A DNA stretch of 52,036 nucleotides from the sequence record SRR31156797_7637. One strand, 5' to 3'. Positions 29,802 through 41,222 of this stretch are shown here, in pieces. The position numbers were made by a program, and so were the translations under genes. Position 1 is the stretch's first letter, and the number at the start of each line of letters is the position of its first letter. Under the pieces are notes generated by a model. The model saw nothing but the letters and a program-made list of their open reading frames with translations, did not search any database and was not told the DNA's origin.

Positions 29802-31595
29802 ATGTGTGGAATATTTGGCTTTACTTTTAATTGCCGGACCCCTGAGGTATTTCTTCGTAAGATGGGCCAGGCGATGATTCACCGCGGCCCTGATGGGGAG
29901 GGTTACTATTGGGACGAAAATGTCAGCATGGGAATGAGGCGGTTAAGCATTATTGATATAGAAAAGGGTAATCAGCCTTTCTTCAACCATGACAAGTCGA
30001 TAATTGTCTTTTGTAACGGTGAAATATATAACTTCAAGGAACTTCGTGAGATACTGAGGAGAAAGGGATATCTCTTTTATACCAACAGCGACATTGAAGT
30101 TATTCCTCATCTGTATCAGGAATACGGGATTCAATTTGTCTCTAAGCTGAACGGCATGTTTGCCATTGCGCTTTATGACAAAAATATTCAAAAGGTCTTC
30201 TTAATTCGGGACCGCTTGGGTATTAAACCGCTTTACTACACCATATCAAACGGATCGCTCATTTTTTCTTCGGAAATCAAGCCGATTCTTGCTCAAGAAA
30301 GAATTAGCAAACAGATTGATTGCCAGGCTTTAAGTACCTATCTGGATTTGATGTACATCCCGGCACCCATGTCTCCGTTTTCTGAAATCAGGAAGCTGGA
30401 ATCGGGGACATATTTGAGCTGGACACGGAACGGTCACTCCTTAGAACGCTATTGGGATCTTGCTCCCACAAATGTGAACGGCTCGGAGGATAAATTTTTT
30501 GAAGGATTGCTTGAGTTACTGGAAGACAGTATCCATTTAGAGCTTATCAGCGATGTGCCGGTGGGTTCATTCTTGAGCGGGGGAATTGACAGTTCTTTTG
30601 TTACGGCTGTGGCGGCAAAATTGTCGCATAAGCAGTTTTCAGCTTTTCATATGAGGTGGAAGGGAATTCATGGGAAGATCGATGAAAGCAAATACGCCCA
30701 TCAAGTGGCCGACAAATATGGTGCTTCCAAGATCTTCAAGGATGTGAACAAGATTGATGTGGTCGGCCTGTTGCCGAAACTGGTGTACCATCTTGAAGAG
30801 CCATTTGCCGACGCTGCATTTATTCCTACGTTCTTTTTGGCGGACATTGCAAAGAAAACCGTTAAGGTCATATTAAGCGGGGCCGGCGGTGATGAGCTTT
30901 TTGGGGGATACCCTCGTTATCGGAAGTATTCGTTTTTGAAATCCGTTATCGGCAAAGTTCTATACAATAGAGGAAAGGCCTTCAGCTATTTTGATGTGTG
31001 CAAAACAGGTTTCCAGAAGAAATGGAGTAAGCTTTTTCCGTGGTATAAGCCTGACTTTTTCAGAGCCTCTTTCGAGAAGGAATATGTCGAAAATAGAACG
31101 TATGATCCTTTCAATGCGATGATGAAAAGTGACATCTCATATTACTTGCAGGATGATATTTTATTCCTCAATGATAAAGTCACGATGGCGGCTTCTTTGG
31201 AATGTCGCGTTCCATTGCTTGACCATCGTATTGTTGAACTGGCATGTGCCATACCCTCTTCACTGAAGATTAGGAACGGGCATAGAAAACATCTGTTCAA
31301 CCGAGTCGCGGAAAGATACTTGCCCCGTGAAGCTATTTATCGCCAGAAAGAGGGTTTCGGGTTCCCCATTGAGAAGCCGATTAATGAGTTTAAAGAACTT
31401 TATTTTGATATTCTCTTGGAACAGGGTTTTTTGGCCAAGAACGGATTGATTGATCAAAACCGTCTCAGGAGACTTCTTCTAAAGATCTCCTATACCAGAG
31501 AAGAAAGCTGGCTGTATTGGCAGATATTGATACTGGAAATATGGTTTCAATTGTTTATGGAAAACAGGCCGTATGAAGATATCTATGGTTTTTAA
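29802..31595 (+). CDS. asnB: asparagine synthase (glutamine-hydrolysing)-like glycan amidotransferase
   Basis: MCGI N-terminus, HRGPD, RRLSIID, NGEIYN, RDRLGIKPLY, LSGGIDSS, LSGAGGDELFGGY. Confidence 0.92.
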   Translation: MCGIFGFTFNCRTPEVFLRKMGQAMIHRGPDGEGYYWDENVSMGMRRLSIIDIEKGNQPFFNHDKSIIVFCNGEIYNFKELREILRRKGYLFYTNSDIEVIPHLYQEYGIQFVSKLNGMFAIALYDKNIQKVFLIRDRLGIKPLYYTISNGSLIFSSEIKPILAQERISKQIDCQALSTYLDLMYIPAPMSPFSEIRKLESGTYLSWTRNGHSLERYWDLAPTNVNGSEDKFFEGLLELLEDSIHLELISDVPVGSFLSGGIDSSFVTAVAAKLSHKQFSAFHMRWKGIHGKIDESKYAHQVADKYGASKIFKDVNKIDVVGLLPKLVYHLEEPFADAAFIPTFFLADIAKKTVKVILSGAGGDELFGGYPRYRKYSFLKSVIGKVLYNRGKAFSYFDVCKTGFQKKWSKLFPWYKPDFFRASFEKEYVENRTYDPFNAMMKSDISYYLQDDILFLNDKVTMAASLECRVPLLDHRIVELACAIPSSLKIRNGHRKHLFNRVAERYLPREAIYRQKEGFGFPIEKPINEFKELYFDILLEQGFLAKNGLIDQNRLRRLLLKISYTREESWLYWQILILEIWFQLFMENRPYEDIYGF

Positions 31596-33411
31596 CGGGC
31601 TCAGGGATGATCCTTACTTTGCCTATCTTTTAAAAGAGCCTGGACAGTACACTGTGCTTTTTCGGGCGGTGGCGAAAAGGTTGAGCCGGGCTGCGGCTGT
31701 GAGGCTTTTTCCTTCTCATATTTTGAAATTAATTTCTCCGCCTGATTTCGATAGCGCGGGCAGAAAAAGGATTTTAGACCGGATTAACGGGGCCATCCCA
31801 GTCGAAATACCGGCAACCAGGCTTTATAAATTGCCGGCACTGGAATTGGCAGCGCGTGAGGGAAGCGTTGCCTTGAATGATATCAATATCCCTTTGGCAA
31901 CAATGGATGTGCCGCTGAAAAGCACATTTTTTGAAGTTCAATATGACGACAGGGAGGATAGCTTTGCGGCAAACCGGTTCATCTGGCTGTATCATATATT
32001 GCTTCTATTCCCGTGCCAGAACGTGCTGGCACATTGTTTTGAGATTATATTGGAATGGATAAAACAAAACAGAATACCTGAAAAGAATGCCAAATTTGAA
32101 ACCTACTCCATTTGCGAGCGGCTGATTGCCTGGGCCTTATTTTTCGCTTTTACCGGAAAGCATTTGTCCGTTGACCGAACGAGTGCTGCGCTGATTTGTG
32201 AATCCATCAAGGCGCAGCTTCTTTTCACGATGCGGCATCTCGAATACCACGGGCCTTTAACCAACAATCACATCCTCAATAACGCACGTGCTCTTTACAT
32301 GGTTGGTCGCCTTTTTGGCCTGCACGACGTCAGCGAGCTTGGCAGGGAGATTTTCAGTCTCGAATCCCCCAATTTCATAAAGGATGGCATCCTGCAGGAA
32401 GGGTCCAGCCATTACCAGTTTCTTCTAACGAAAAACATTTTGGAGATGCACCTGGTAGCTTCTTTGACAAAAGATCATAGGTGGACGGCTTATCTGGGAA
32501 ATATGTTGGATGGCATGCTGAGAGTGTGCGATGGATTACAGAGCAAACACTCTGCACAATCCCCCCCCTTTCCTTTGATAGGGGACATTTCCCCAGACAT
32601 GACGCCGGACTGGTTTGAAGGTTACCCTTTCAGCCGGAATACCCGGATTGAATCCAAGTGGTTTGCCCTGTTCCGGTATTCCGGGTCCTCATTCACCGGC
32701 TCGGCAGGTGGACAGGAGCGTCCGGCAAAAAATGATCCCAAAATGAAATGGCATTGCCTGCGGAATGCCGATTTTGAGGTGTGGGTAAACATCAGAACAG
32801 GTAAAATTCCCGGCCATGGTCACAATGACAACGGGTCCGTTGTGGTCTATTACAGGGGAAATCCGGTTGTCGTCGACTTGGGCCAGGTATCTTACCAGGA
32901 TCGTGTTGAAAAACAAAAGCAGGCGGGCGTGTGTGCGCACAATACGCCTGCATTGAACGGATTTGCCCCGGATATAACGCAATCATCGATACTATTTCAG
33001 ACCACGATATCTTCCAAATGCCAAAACATTAATTTTACCGAAAATGGTATAAGATACACTATCGTGTTTGCTAACACAAATATGCAAATCACGAGGAGTG
33101 TCTGGCTGGAAGCCTGTCGCTGCTGCATAAAGGACGAAAATACACGTGCCGGCAGCAAGTCCTATCGATGTTTCTGGCATTTTTTTCCTGATGTGATGAG
33201 GACCGGCAACAGTTCTTTTGCGTGTGATGATCTGGTGATTCTATTTGAATCTAATCAGCCCATAAAGAGTCAATGGTTAGCTTCTTTCTACAGAAGTGAA
33301 AGCTATGGGAGGAAGGCACCCGTAAAAACTGTTTGTGCCGAATCGCAGCTAAAAAAAAGCGACAACTTGGTATTGTGCATTTCTCCCAAAGAAACAAATG
33401 ACAAACATTAA
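31573..33411 (+). CDS. heparinase II/III-like protein
   Basis: NNHILNNARAL, EGSSHYQ, IGD, GHGHNDNGS, VDLG..SY, AHNTP. Confidence 0.8.
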   Translation: MKISMVFNGLRDDPYFAYLLKEPGQYTVLFRAVAKRLSRAAAVRLFPSHILKLISPPDFDSAGRKRILDRINGAIPVEIPATRLYKLPALELAAREGSVALNDINIPLATMDVPLKSTFFEVQYDDREDSFAANRFIWLYHILLLFPCQNVLAHCFEIILEWIKQNRIPEKNAKFETYSICERLIAWALFFAFTGKHLSVDRTSAALICESIKAQLLFTMRHLEYHGPLTNNHILNNARALYMVGRLFGLHDVSELGREIFSLESPNFIKDGILQEGSSHYQFLLTKNILEMHLVASLTKDHRWTAYLGNMLDGMLRVCDGLQSKHSAQSPPFPLIGDISPDMTPDWFEGYPFSRNTRIESKWFALFRYSGSSFTGSAGGQERPAKNDPKMKWHCLRNADFEVWVNIRTGKIPGHGHNDNGSVVVYYRGNPVVVDLGQVSYQDRVEKQKQAGVCAHNTPALNGFAPDITQSSILFQTTISSKCQNINFTENGIRYTIVFANTNMQITRSVWLEACRCCIKDENTRAGSKSYRCFWHFFPDVMRTGNSSFACDDLVILFESNQPIKSQWLASFYRSESYGRKAPVKTVCAESQLKKSDNLVLCISPKETNDKH

Positions 33412-34348
33412 AGAAGATCTTGTTTCCGTTATCATCCCGACACACAACCGGGCTGAGATGTTGGGACGAGCCGTTAGAAGTGTTTTGAATCAGGCTTATG
33501 AAAACCTGGAGATCATTATTGTTGCGGATTGTTGCACCGACAACACTGAAGAAGTCATACGCAGCTTTAAGGATGGAAGAATTGTGTTTATTGATTCGCA
33601 AAAGCCCCTCGGCGGGGCAGGGGCCCGGAATATAGGCCTAGACCATGCCGGTGGGAAATTTATAGCGTTTCTCGATGACGACGATGAATGGCTGGACGGC
33701 AAAATCACAGCCCAAATGAGCGCTTTCGCTGCATATCAAGATGTAGCAATCGTATCATGTGATTACTTTCGCTTTGATGGGCGAAAGGATCTTCGGATAG
33801 GGTCCTTTTCCGGTCCCATTGTTTTGAATGATCTATTATACGAAAATTATTGCGGCAGTTTTTCCTTTTGTATGGTCCGAAAAAAGTGTTTGAATGGGAG
33901 TCGAATCAATTTAAAGCTGAAGGCAGGGCAGGACTGGGATCTCTGGATAAAGATTCTGCGGACGTCAGGGCTCACGGCCAGGGCGGTCAGGAAACCGCTT
34001 GTTCGGTATTATAACGATCATAAGGCAAAATTGACCAGGGATTCGTACAATCGCGTAACTTCCCATATTGTCTTCTTGCGATATTATTGGCCACTACTTT
34101 CTTCAGAGCAGAGAAATTACCACTTGTACAGGAGGTGTAAGCTTAGAAAAAGATACCTGGAGAAGGAGAATTACAGCTATATTTACAACCTTTTGTTGTC
34201 AAGGAAGGCCTTCATTCATTACAGAAAGTCACGTTATAAGCTGAATGTGCGGTCGTATTTCAAGCTATTGCTGCAGATTCTACCATTTAGACGATGGCTT
34301 TTGATACACAAACCGTATTTACATTGCCATTTCTATCGTAAGAGTTGA
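33398..34348 (+). CDS. GT2 family glycosyltransferase
   Basis: VSVIIPTHNR, GAGARNIG, IAFLDDDDEW, QDWDLW. Confidence 0.92.
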   Translation: MTNIKEDLVSVIIPTHNRAEMLGRAVRSVLNQAYENLEIIIVADCCTDNTEEVIRSFKDGRIVFIDSQKPLGGAGARNIGLDHAGGKFIAFLDDDDEWLDGKITAQMSAFAAYQDVAIVSCDYFRFDGRKDLRIGSFSGPIVLNDLLYENYCGSFSFCMVRKKCLNGSRINLKLKAGQDWDLWIKILRTSGLTARAVRKPLVRYYNDHKAKLTRDSYNRVTSHIVFLRYYWPLLSSEQRNYHLYRRCKLRKRYLEKENYSYIYNLLLSRKAFIHYRKSRYKLNVRSYFKLLLQILPFRRWLLIHKPYLHCHFYRKS

Positions 34349-34398
34349 TCAAGTAGAAATGTGCTTTTTATCTAATGAAATATTAGCGAATAACCGCC

Positions 34399-35673
34399 AT
34401 GATCTTTGACCGTCATAAACAACTCCCTGCTAATCTGATCTTGACCGTTGTATATTTGTCTTCTCCCTGTTTGCTCATCTCATTGATTTTTTTAAAACTT
34501 GGAGTAAATCTGACCCAAGCGCGGTTGCTGGTTCTAGGGGGGCTGGGATTTTGGGCGTTAGTATCTTTGAAGATGGCGACCTTCACCCATTTGCAAAAAA
34601 AAATATTGGCTGTCTATATTGTAATTTTGATGTATTTGGGGGGGCTGTGGAATTTTGGCATTTTTGAGTCGGGGAGTGAGCGTGCTGTATTCAGGGCCAT
34701 CCTTATCGGGCCCCTTCTGATGATTGCTATGAACAGCAAAACCTTCAGCATTAAGAAGTTTGTGGGGGTGTACATATGGGTTGCGGTAATTCTCGGGGGA
34801 CTTTCCATTTTTCAATACTTCCTGGTGCTGATTGGCATTGCCCCTCTAGCGCCTCCGCCACCAGAAGCCAGATTTGAGGGCTTTTTAGTTGGTTTCGGAG
34901 GCTTTTTCGATCCAACTGCTGAATATGTGGCATTTCTCTCTGGATTAAGATACAGAAATATCGGTTTTTTTTCAGAGCCGACCAACTTCGCACAGTTTTT
35001 GATGATTCCTTTATTCTTAATTGCACAAAAATGGCTGCAAACTAAGAATCGGGCAGATAGAATGAAACTGATAATTGTTTCAATTGCTTTTTTCTTGACC
35101 TTTTCAGCCGCAAACTTTTTTGGATTTCTATTCGGTGCGCTTAGCTACTTCTGGATAAAATCAATTAGAAGGGAACCAGGCAATAAAAACATACGAAGAA
35201 GGATCATCTTTGTTATAGCAATGTTCTTGATTGCTTATATCGGCCACTCTTTTTATGAAATAACCGAAAAATACAGCAGAAATGAGTTTATAATTGGCAA
35301 GTCAACAACAAAAAGCATTATGGCAAGGATAGACCGAAATGTCAATTATTTCGAAAGACTGAAGGATTATCCTTTTGGGGATATTAATTACAAACATGAG
35401 TATCGTGTAAACACCGGGTTTTGGGGACATGTGGGAATAACGGGTGGACTTCCCCTTATCGGGATCGTTGGTTACTTGCTTTTTATTTTTTTTAGAACAA
35501 TGATGAAAATGATTCGGAAAACCAAATATCCCCTAGTTTATTGCGGTTTTATCGCGTACTTTGTTGCCGCCCTGTGGGATGCTAAGTTTTATGAGAATTA
35601 TTTCCTGTTTCTGATTGCATTGTATTCTGTTTTCATAAAAATTGATTCTATAAGGTATTATTCAAAAATATAG
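34399..35673 (+). CDS. wzy: polysaccharide polymerase (Wzy-like)
   Basis: About 10-11 hydrophobic segments, R..GFFSEP motif, LTFS, AT-rich coding, location among glycosyltransferases. Confidence 0.75.
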   Translation: MIFDRHKQLPANLILTVVYLSSPCLLISLIFLKLGVNLTQARLLVLGGLGFWALVSLKMATFTHLQKKILAVYIVILMYLGGLWNFGIFESGSERAVFRAILIGPLLMIAMNSKTFSIKKFVGVYIWVAVILGGLSIFQYFLVLIGIAPLAPPPPEARFEGFLVGFGGFFDPTAEYVAFLSGLRYRNIGFFSEPTNFAQFLMIPLFLIAQKWLQTKNRADRMKLIIVSIAFFLTFSAANFFGFLFGALSYFWIKSIRREPGNKNIRRRIIFVIAMFLIAYIGHSFYEITEKYSRNEFIIGKSTTKSIMARIDRNVNYFERLKDYPFGDINYKHEYRVNTGFWGHVGITGGLPLIGIVGYLLFIFFRTMMKMIRKTKYPLVYCGFIAYFVAALWDAKFYENYFLFLIALYSVFIKIDSIRYYSKI

Positions 35674-35753
35674 TTTACGGGTTCAATAAATTGATTTCAA
35701 TTTTGCTTTTTTAATTATTTTGATAAACAATTAAAGTCAGGTTTTTGGAAAAT

Positions 35754-36923
35754 ATGAAAATTTGTTACGTGGGTGGTAATGTGCCTCTTTTAATGCACCT
35801 TATGAAAAGCATGGCAAGTCGTGGACATGAAGTCTATTGGATTGCGTTAGATAGAATTAAGTACGGAATTGAAAATGTTATTATTGAAAGCTTCATGCAA
35901 AATATGAAAGGTGGCATTAAGAAATATGTTTTGTCGATACCAAATTTTATTCAATTTAGATTAATTTTGGACAGAATTTGTCCAGATGTATTACATGCGG
36001 TTAACGTAAGAAAAGCTGGCTGGTTTTCAGTTTTGTCTGGATTTAAACCAGTCATAGTAACTACACAGGGCGGTGACGTAATGGATAGGAATTATACGCA
36101 CCGTTCAAGTATTAGCATGTGGATCCGAAAGAATTTAGTCAGAAAGTGGTTACGCAGATATACCCTAGAAAACGCCACTGTTGTAACTTATGGCAGTAAT
36201 ACAATGTTAGATGCAATTCGTTTTTGGGCGGAACCAAAACAAACTTTCAATTATTTCCAAGGGGTCAATTTAAATCAATTTAATTTAAAGGTTGATGTTT
36301 CGAGGTATAAAAGATGTCTTGGGTTCAATATAAGTAGAAAAATTGTTTTTAGCCCAAGAATGTTTAACTCTAATGCAAATATAGACATTATTATCCGGTG
36401 TATTCCAAAGGTAAAGAAAAAATTCCATGACGTGCTTTTTATATTTACAGCCCATTATGGAATAGATGATTACTCGATCTATCTAAGAGAGCTTGTTGAT
36501 GAATTGAATGTTAGACAGAATTGCCTTTTTTTAGAAGAAATCGGGCATTCGGAAATGCCCATTTATTATGGTGCATCAGATGTTGTACTTTCAATTCTGA
36601 CATCCGACGGGATGCCCGCAACAATTTTAGAGGCTATGGCATTGAAGCGCCCACTCATACTATCGAAAATTCCAACGTACTTGGCGGTTTTTAAAGAATG
36701 GGCTGTAATGGTCGAACATAGGGATGTTACCTCAACAGCTGATGCCATTATTTCTGTATTGGCCAATGACCCAGTCCTTAACCTCGAAAAGAAGACAAAG
36801 GATGCCTTTAGGTGGACAAAGGAGTTTGCGAACGAACAAATTCTTAATGATCAGCTCGAAGAATTGTATGAAGAATTGTTGTGGAGTCATGATCAATTCA
36901 CTAAGACTGGCACTCAGATGTAA
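35754..36923 (+). CDS. GT4 family glycosyltransferase
   Basis: RGHEV, PDVLHA, GGDV, FSPR, DGMPATILEAMA..RP. Confidence 0.88.
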   Translation: MKICYVGGNVPLLMHLMKSMASRGHEVYWIALDRIKYGIENVIIESFMQNMKGGIKKYVLSIPNFIQFRLILDRICPDVLHAVNVRKAGWFSVLSGFKPVIVTTQGGDVMDRNYTHRSSISMWIRKNLVRKWLRRYTLENATVVTYGSNTMLDAIRFWAEPKQTFNYFQGVNLNQFNLKVDVSRYKRCLGFNISRKIVFSPRMFNSNANIDIIIRCIPKVKKKFHDVLFIFTAHYGIDDYSIYLRELVDELNVRQNCLFLEEIGHSEMPIYYGASDVVLSILTSDGMPATILEAMALKRPLILSKIPTYLAVFKEWAVMVEHRDVTSTADAIISVLANDPVLNLEKKTKDAFRWTKEFANEQILNDQLEELYEELLWSHDQFTKTGTQM

Positions 36924-38781
36924 TTTCCCGTTAGGGATTTTTCATAGAATCAGGGGATCTTTCTACGGCAAAAACAAAATTCCCCGTTATGCGATTTCTA
37001 CTACAGAAGACCTTTTTTCCATTGGAGCAGCCGAAAACAAAAGAAGGTTCAGCAATTTTTTTCTATCGGATCAGGACCAAGAAAAAAAACTTATTAGAAT
37101 TGCAAGTGAATTCTGTGAGGGCTTTGTGACTATCTATGGAAAAAGAATCCTGCTGAGCAATTTTGCGGTAAACAAATTCAAAAAGAATATTGCAGAAAAA
37201 CATGTTTTTTTTCGTGACATCCGGTTTTATTGGGAACTTTATAGGGCCAAATATGTCTACAATGTTGGGCTTGCCTATTTGCTTACGGGTAACGAAGCCT
37301 ATGCAAAGGCACTGTTAGACCACATTCTAGAGCTCGACAGCTTCAACCCACTTTGCGGTAACGACATGCCATACAACGGCATGGAAGTCGCCTTAAGACT
37401 GATGAACCTTTCATGGCTGGATATTTTCCTGGCGGATTTTTCAGGGTATATTTCTGAAGTCCGGGAACGCCTAATTTCAGGTTTAGTATACCACGCTGAA
37501 TATATCTACAAAAACTATGATATTACATTCTACGGCCTTGAATCAAACCACGGCCTGACATGTGCTGTGGGTCTCGTTTATGCCTCTTTGCTGTTTTCAA
37601 ACTATTCCAGAGCCGGAAAATGGCGTAATTTCGGCATGCGTGCCTTAAGGAGGGGATTAAAGAAACAATTTACACCCGACGGAGTCAATTTCGAATCTTC
37701 CGTTCAATACCACCGGTTTGTTTTTGAACTGTTGGTTTTCATTTTGGCTGCTCTTTATAAGAGCGGAATCGCAGTTGACCGTGAAATTGAAAGAAGGGTA
37801 AGACAAATGGGCGAAGCCTTGAGGGCGCTCACCCACAAAAACGGCTGCATTTCAAGGATTGGGGACAGTGACGGCGGCAAATTCCTCCCGGACCTGGGTA
37901 GCACTGAAGAATTCAATGATATGTCTTATCTTGACTGGTTTTTTTTGGAGCAATCCCCCCCTCGTTACGAAACCCTTCTTTTTGAAGGTATCGCGCCACT
38001 GAAAGCGCTTTTTCGTTCGAGTGGCTGCAAGGCAATGCGCAGGCATCGGTACGGAAACTACGTTTCTTATAAAAATCAGGATGTCAGCCTGATTATTTCC
38101 GCAAATGAGATCGGTACCCGCGGAAAGGGAAATCATCAGCATAATGACTTCTTATCTTTTGAGCTCTACAGCACATTTCCTTTCATCGTGGACCCATGGT
38201 CCTATTGCTACACGGGTAACAAGGAGCTGCGAAATGAAGATCGAAAGACATACAGGCATAACACCGTGGAATTGGATGGTCGGGATATCGTGGAGTTTGA
38301 TGAGAACAGGCTGTTTGAAATGCTGAGCAATATTAAGACGAAAATTGGAAATTTGTATGAAAATGAGTCGATTTGGGGTGTGGAACTTTATCATAACGGA
38401 TACAGGGGATTGCCTAAAGGCTCCCAGATCCATAGCCGGAAATTTATTATAGATCGGAAAATTTGCCAGTTGGTGATTCAAGATCATTTGGGAGGTAGAG
38501 GTTCACATATCGCACGGTTTAATTTTCATATTCCGAAAAGGTACTGGCTTTTTAAAAGGCATGAAGATTGTTTACATTTTTTTAATAATATGTGGGAATT
38601 CAGTCTGAGGAATGATGTGTCGGAATTTGCCGTAGCAGAAAGCTTCATAAGCGACTGGTTCTTGGAAAAAACGCCTTCTTATCATGTGTTTTTTAAAAAG
38701 AAATATGTTGATAGCTTAGTCTGCAATTTAACAATTACTTACCGTAGAAAGGCTGGCAACAATAAGAGGGAGACCCAATGA
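36889..38781 (+). CDS. heparinase II/III-like protein
   Basis: [58 protein letters not shown]; start 36889 preferred over 36724. Confidence 0.85.
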   Translation: MINSLRLALRCNFPLGIFHRIRGSFYGKNKIPRYAISTTEDLFSIGAAENKRRFSNFFLSDQDQEKKLIRIASEFCEGFVTIYGKRILLSNFAVNKFKKNIAEKHVFFRDIRFYWELYRAKYVYNVGLAYLLTGNEAYAKALLDHILELDSFNPLCGNDMPYNGMEVALRLMNLSWLDIFLADFSGYISEVRERLISGLVYHAEYIYKNYDITFYGLESNHGLTCAVGLVYASLLFSNYSRAGKWRNFGMRALRRGLKKQFTPDGVNFESSVQYHRFVFELLVFILAALYKSGIAVDREIERRVRQMGEALRALTHKNGCISRIGDSDGGKFLPDLGSTEEFNDMSYLDWFFLEQSPPRYETLLFEGIAPLKALFRSSGCKAMRRHRYGNYVSYKNQDVSLIISANEIGTRGKGNHQHNDFLSFELYSTFPFIVDPWSYCYTGNKELRNEDRKTYRHNTVELDGRDIVEFDENRLFEMLSNIKTKIGNLYENESIWGVELYHNGYRGLPKGSQIHSRKFIIDRKICQLVIQDHLGGRGSHIARFNFHIPKRYWLFKRHEDCLHFFNNMWEFSLRNDVSEFAVAESFISDWFLEKTPSYHVFFKKKYVDSLVCNLTITYRRKAGNNKRETQ

Positions 38782-40076
38782 AAAAAGTTTACGTAGGAAT
38801 GAGCGCGGATCTCATCCATCCCGGGCACATTAACATTATTGAAGCAGCTGGAAAGCTAGGTGAGGTAACGGTTGGTTTGCTAACAGATGAAGCCATAGCG
38901 AGTTATAAGCGCGTGCCTTATTTAGATTACGAACAAAGAAAGAAAGTAATCGAAAACATAAAGTACGTAGCGTGCGTAATTCCTCAACATACTCTGGATT
39001 ATTCTGAGAACCTTAAAACGATGCGGCCGGACATCGTTGTGCATGGAGATGACTGGCGCTCGGGAATTCAGCTGGAAACGAGAAACAAGGTCATCTCTAC
39101 TTTGGCAGAGTGGGGTGGAGAACTTGTTGAGCTTCCTTATACCAAGGGAATTTCATCTACCATACTGAATGAAAAGGTTAAAGAGGTCGGAACCACACCG
39201 GATATCAGGTTGCGAAGACTCAAAAGATTGATTGATGCAAAACCAATTGTGAGAGTTTTGGAAGTCCACAGCGGTCTTTCGGCTTTAATTGTGGAAAATC
39301 TTAGATTGGTACAGGAAGGTGGGTTTGTCGAATTTGATGCCATGTGGTCAAGCAGCCTAACGGATTCTACTGTCAAAGGAAAACCGGATATTGAGGCTGT
39401 TGATCTGACCTCAAGAATGCAAACTGTAAACGATATCTTTGAAGTAACTACGAAGCCAATGATATTTGATGCGGATACTGGGGGGAGGCCCGAGCACTTT
39501 ATTTTCAAGGTCAAATCACTTGAGCGATTAGGAGTGTCTGCACTTATTATAGAAGATAAATTCGGACTTAAGAAAAACTCTCTTTTGGGAAATGAAGTTC
39601 CGCAACAGCAGGAATCAGTTGAAAACTTCTGTTTCAAAATAAAATCTGGAAAACAAGCTCAAGTAACAGACGATTTTATGATTATTGCTAGAATTGAAAG
39701 CTTCATTCTTGAAAAGGGACTCGATGATGCGCTTAAAAGGGCGGAGGCTTACATCGGCGCAGGTGCAGATGGTCTCATGATACATAGTCGAAAGAAAAAC
39801 GCCGAAGAAGTATTTGATTTCTGCAAGGAATATGAATCATTCGATCATCGTGTGCCGTTGGTTGCAGTCCCTACCACTTACAACCGGGTTTTTGAAGTCG
39901 ATCTTATGCAAGCCGGTGTAAATGTGATTATATATGCGAACCACCTTTTACGCGCCTCCTATCCAGCGATGGTCAGTGCGGCTGAGTCAATACTCCAAAA
40001 CGGAAGAACGCTTGAAATCAATGACCAGTGCACTTCAGTAAAGGAAATTTTAGATCTTATTCCAGGAACGAGATAG
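38778..40076 (+). CDS. pepM: phosphoenolpyruvate mutase with N-terminal HxGH cytidylyltransferase domain
   Basis: PepM signature [10 protein letters not shown] (EDKx5NS); N-terminal [21 protein letters not shown]. Confidence 0.95.
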   Translation: MKKVYVGMSADLIHPGHINIIEAAGKLGEVTVGLLTDEAIASYKRVPYLDYEQRKKVIENIKYVACVIPQHTLDYSENLKTMRPDIVVHGDDWRSGIQLETRNKVISTLAEWGGELVELPYTKGISSTILNEKVKEVGTTPDIRLRRLKRLIDAKPIVRVLEVHSGLSALIVENLRLVQEGGFVEFDAMWSSSLTDSTVKGKPDIEAVDLTSRMQTVNDIFEVTTKPMIFDADTGGRPEHFIFKVKSLERLGVSALIIEDKFGLKKNSLLGNEVPQQQESVENFCFKIKSGKQAQVTDDFMIIARIESFILEKGLDDALKRAEAYIGAGADGLMIHSRKKNAEEVFDFCKEYESFDHRVPLVAVPTTYNRVFEVDLMQAGVNVIIYANHLLRASYPAMVSAAESILQNGRTLEINDQCTSVKEILDLIPGTR

Positions 40077-40082
40077 GCTTAT

Positions 40083-41222
40083 ATGGATACCAAGAAATTT
40101 CATGCAAGAGCTTTTTATAGAATTCTTCAGGAAAATGGCATTTCTTTTTTCTCCGGTGTGCCCGATTCAACGCTGAAATCATTGTGCAATTATCTTTTTT
40201 CGCATGTCTCCAAAGATGACCACGTTATATGCGCTAACGAAGGCGCGGCTGTTGCGCTTGGTGTAGGGTATCATTTGGCAACAGATAAGATTCCTGCTGT
40301 TTACATGCAAAATTCCGGATTGGGCAACGCAGTAAACCCACTTGTTTCGATTGCAGATCCTGAAGTTTATTCCATCCCTATATTGCTAATTATTGGGTGG
40401 AGAGGTAAACCTGGGGAAAAGGATGAACCACAGCATAAAAAGCAAGGCCGAATTACTTTACCGCTGTTAGATACGCTTGAGATTCCTTACGTTGTTTTAA
40501 ATGGTGATAATATGGCCTTATTAAGGCAAGTTGAAAAAGCTAAATTATATATGGAATCTAAAAGAACTCCGTTTGCTCTGGTGGTAAGCAAGGGGCTTTT
40601 TGAATCTTACATACCCCAGTCTTCTGTGAAGCAAGGATTAGAATTAACAAGAGAGGGCGCGATCAGATTGGTGATCAATTCCTTGGAATACGGGCGAGAC
40701 TTCATTGTTTCGACCACAGGTATGACGTCGAGAGAGCTTTTTGAATACCGTGAAGAAATTGGCGAAGGACATGGTGCCGATTTTCTGACTGTTGGCGGTA
40801 TGGGTCACGCGTGTCAAATTGCCCTGGGAATTGCCATGCAAAAAGCTGATAAACGAATTGTTTGTATTGATGGTGACGGCGCTGTAATAATGCATATGGG
40901 CTCACTCGCTATCAATGGTTTACAAAAGTGCAGAAACTTTCTCCACGTCGTAATAAACAATGGTTCTTATGATTCAGTTGGAGGGCAGCCAACAGTTGGA
41001 TTTCAAATAGATTTTAGAAAAATTGCTCTTGCGGTAGGTTATGAAAGTGTATTTCGCGCAAATAACAAAAAAGATTTATCGGATATTCTTCGGAGTCTAG
41101 ATAAAAATACCGGGCCTGTATTCTTGGAGATATTTACCCGGAGAGGCGCCAGAAAAAATCTCGGTCGTCCAACCTTAACACCTTTGCAAAACAAGGCCAA
41201 TTTTATGAGGCTTCTGGCTTGA
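40083..41222 (+). CDS. ppd: phosphonopyruvate decarboxylase (ThDP-dependent)
   Basis: GVPDS, NEGAA, QNSGLGN, DEPQH, STTG..SREL, GDGA...NN, SVGGQPT; directly after pepM. Confidence 0.93.
   Translation: MDTKKFHARAFYRILQENGISFFSGVPDSTLKSLCNYLFSHVSKDDHVICANEGAAVALGVGYHLATDKIPAVYMQNSGLGNAVNPLVSIADPEVYSIPILLIIGWRGKPGEKDEPQHKKQGRITLPLLDTLEIPYVVLNGDNMALLRQVEKAKLYMESKRTPFALVVSKGLFESYIPQSSVKQGLELTREGAIRLVINSLEYGRDFIVSTTGMTSRELFEYREEIGEGHGADFLTVGGMGHACQIALGIAMQKADKRIVCIDGDGAVIMHMGSLAINGLQKCRNFLHVVINNGSYDSVGGQPTVGFQIDFRKIALAVGYESVFRANNKKDLSDILRSLDKNTGPVFLEIFTRRGARKNLGRPTLTPLQNKANFMRLLA

Noticed and set aside
34595-34644. A9 and G7 homopolymers in wzy as phase-variation tracts
   Set aside because: The ORF is intact and the runs are short enough to arise by chance; there is no evidence of variation without reads
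36724-36888. N-terminal extension of the second heparinase-like ORF (likewise 47997-48146 for DUF354 and 8651-8692 for the HisF-like gene)
   Set aside because: These overlap upstream genes and look non-homologous; downstream ATGs give family-typical or less overlapping starts
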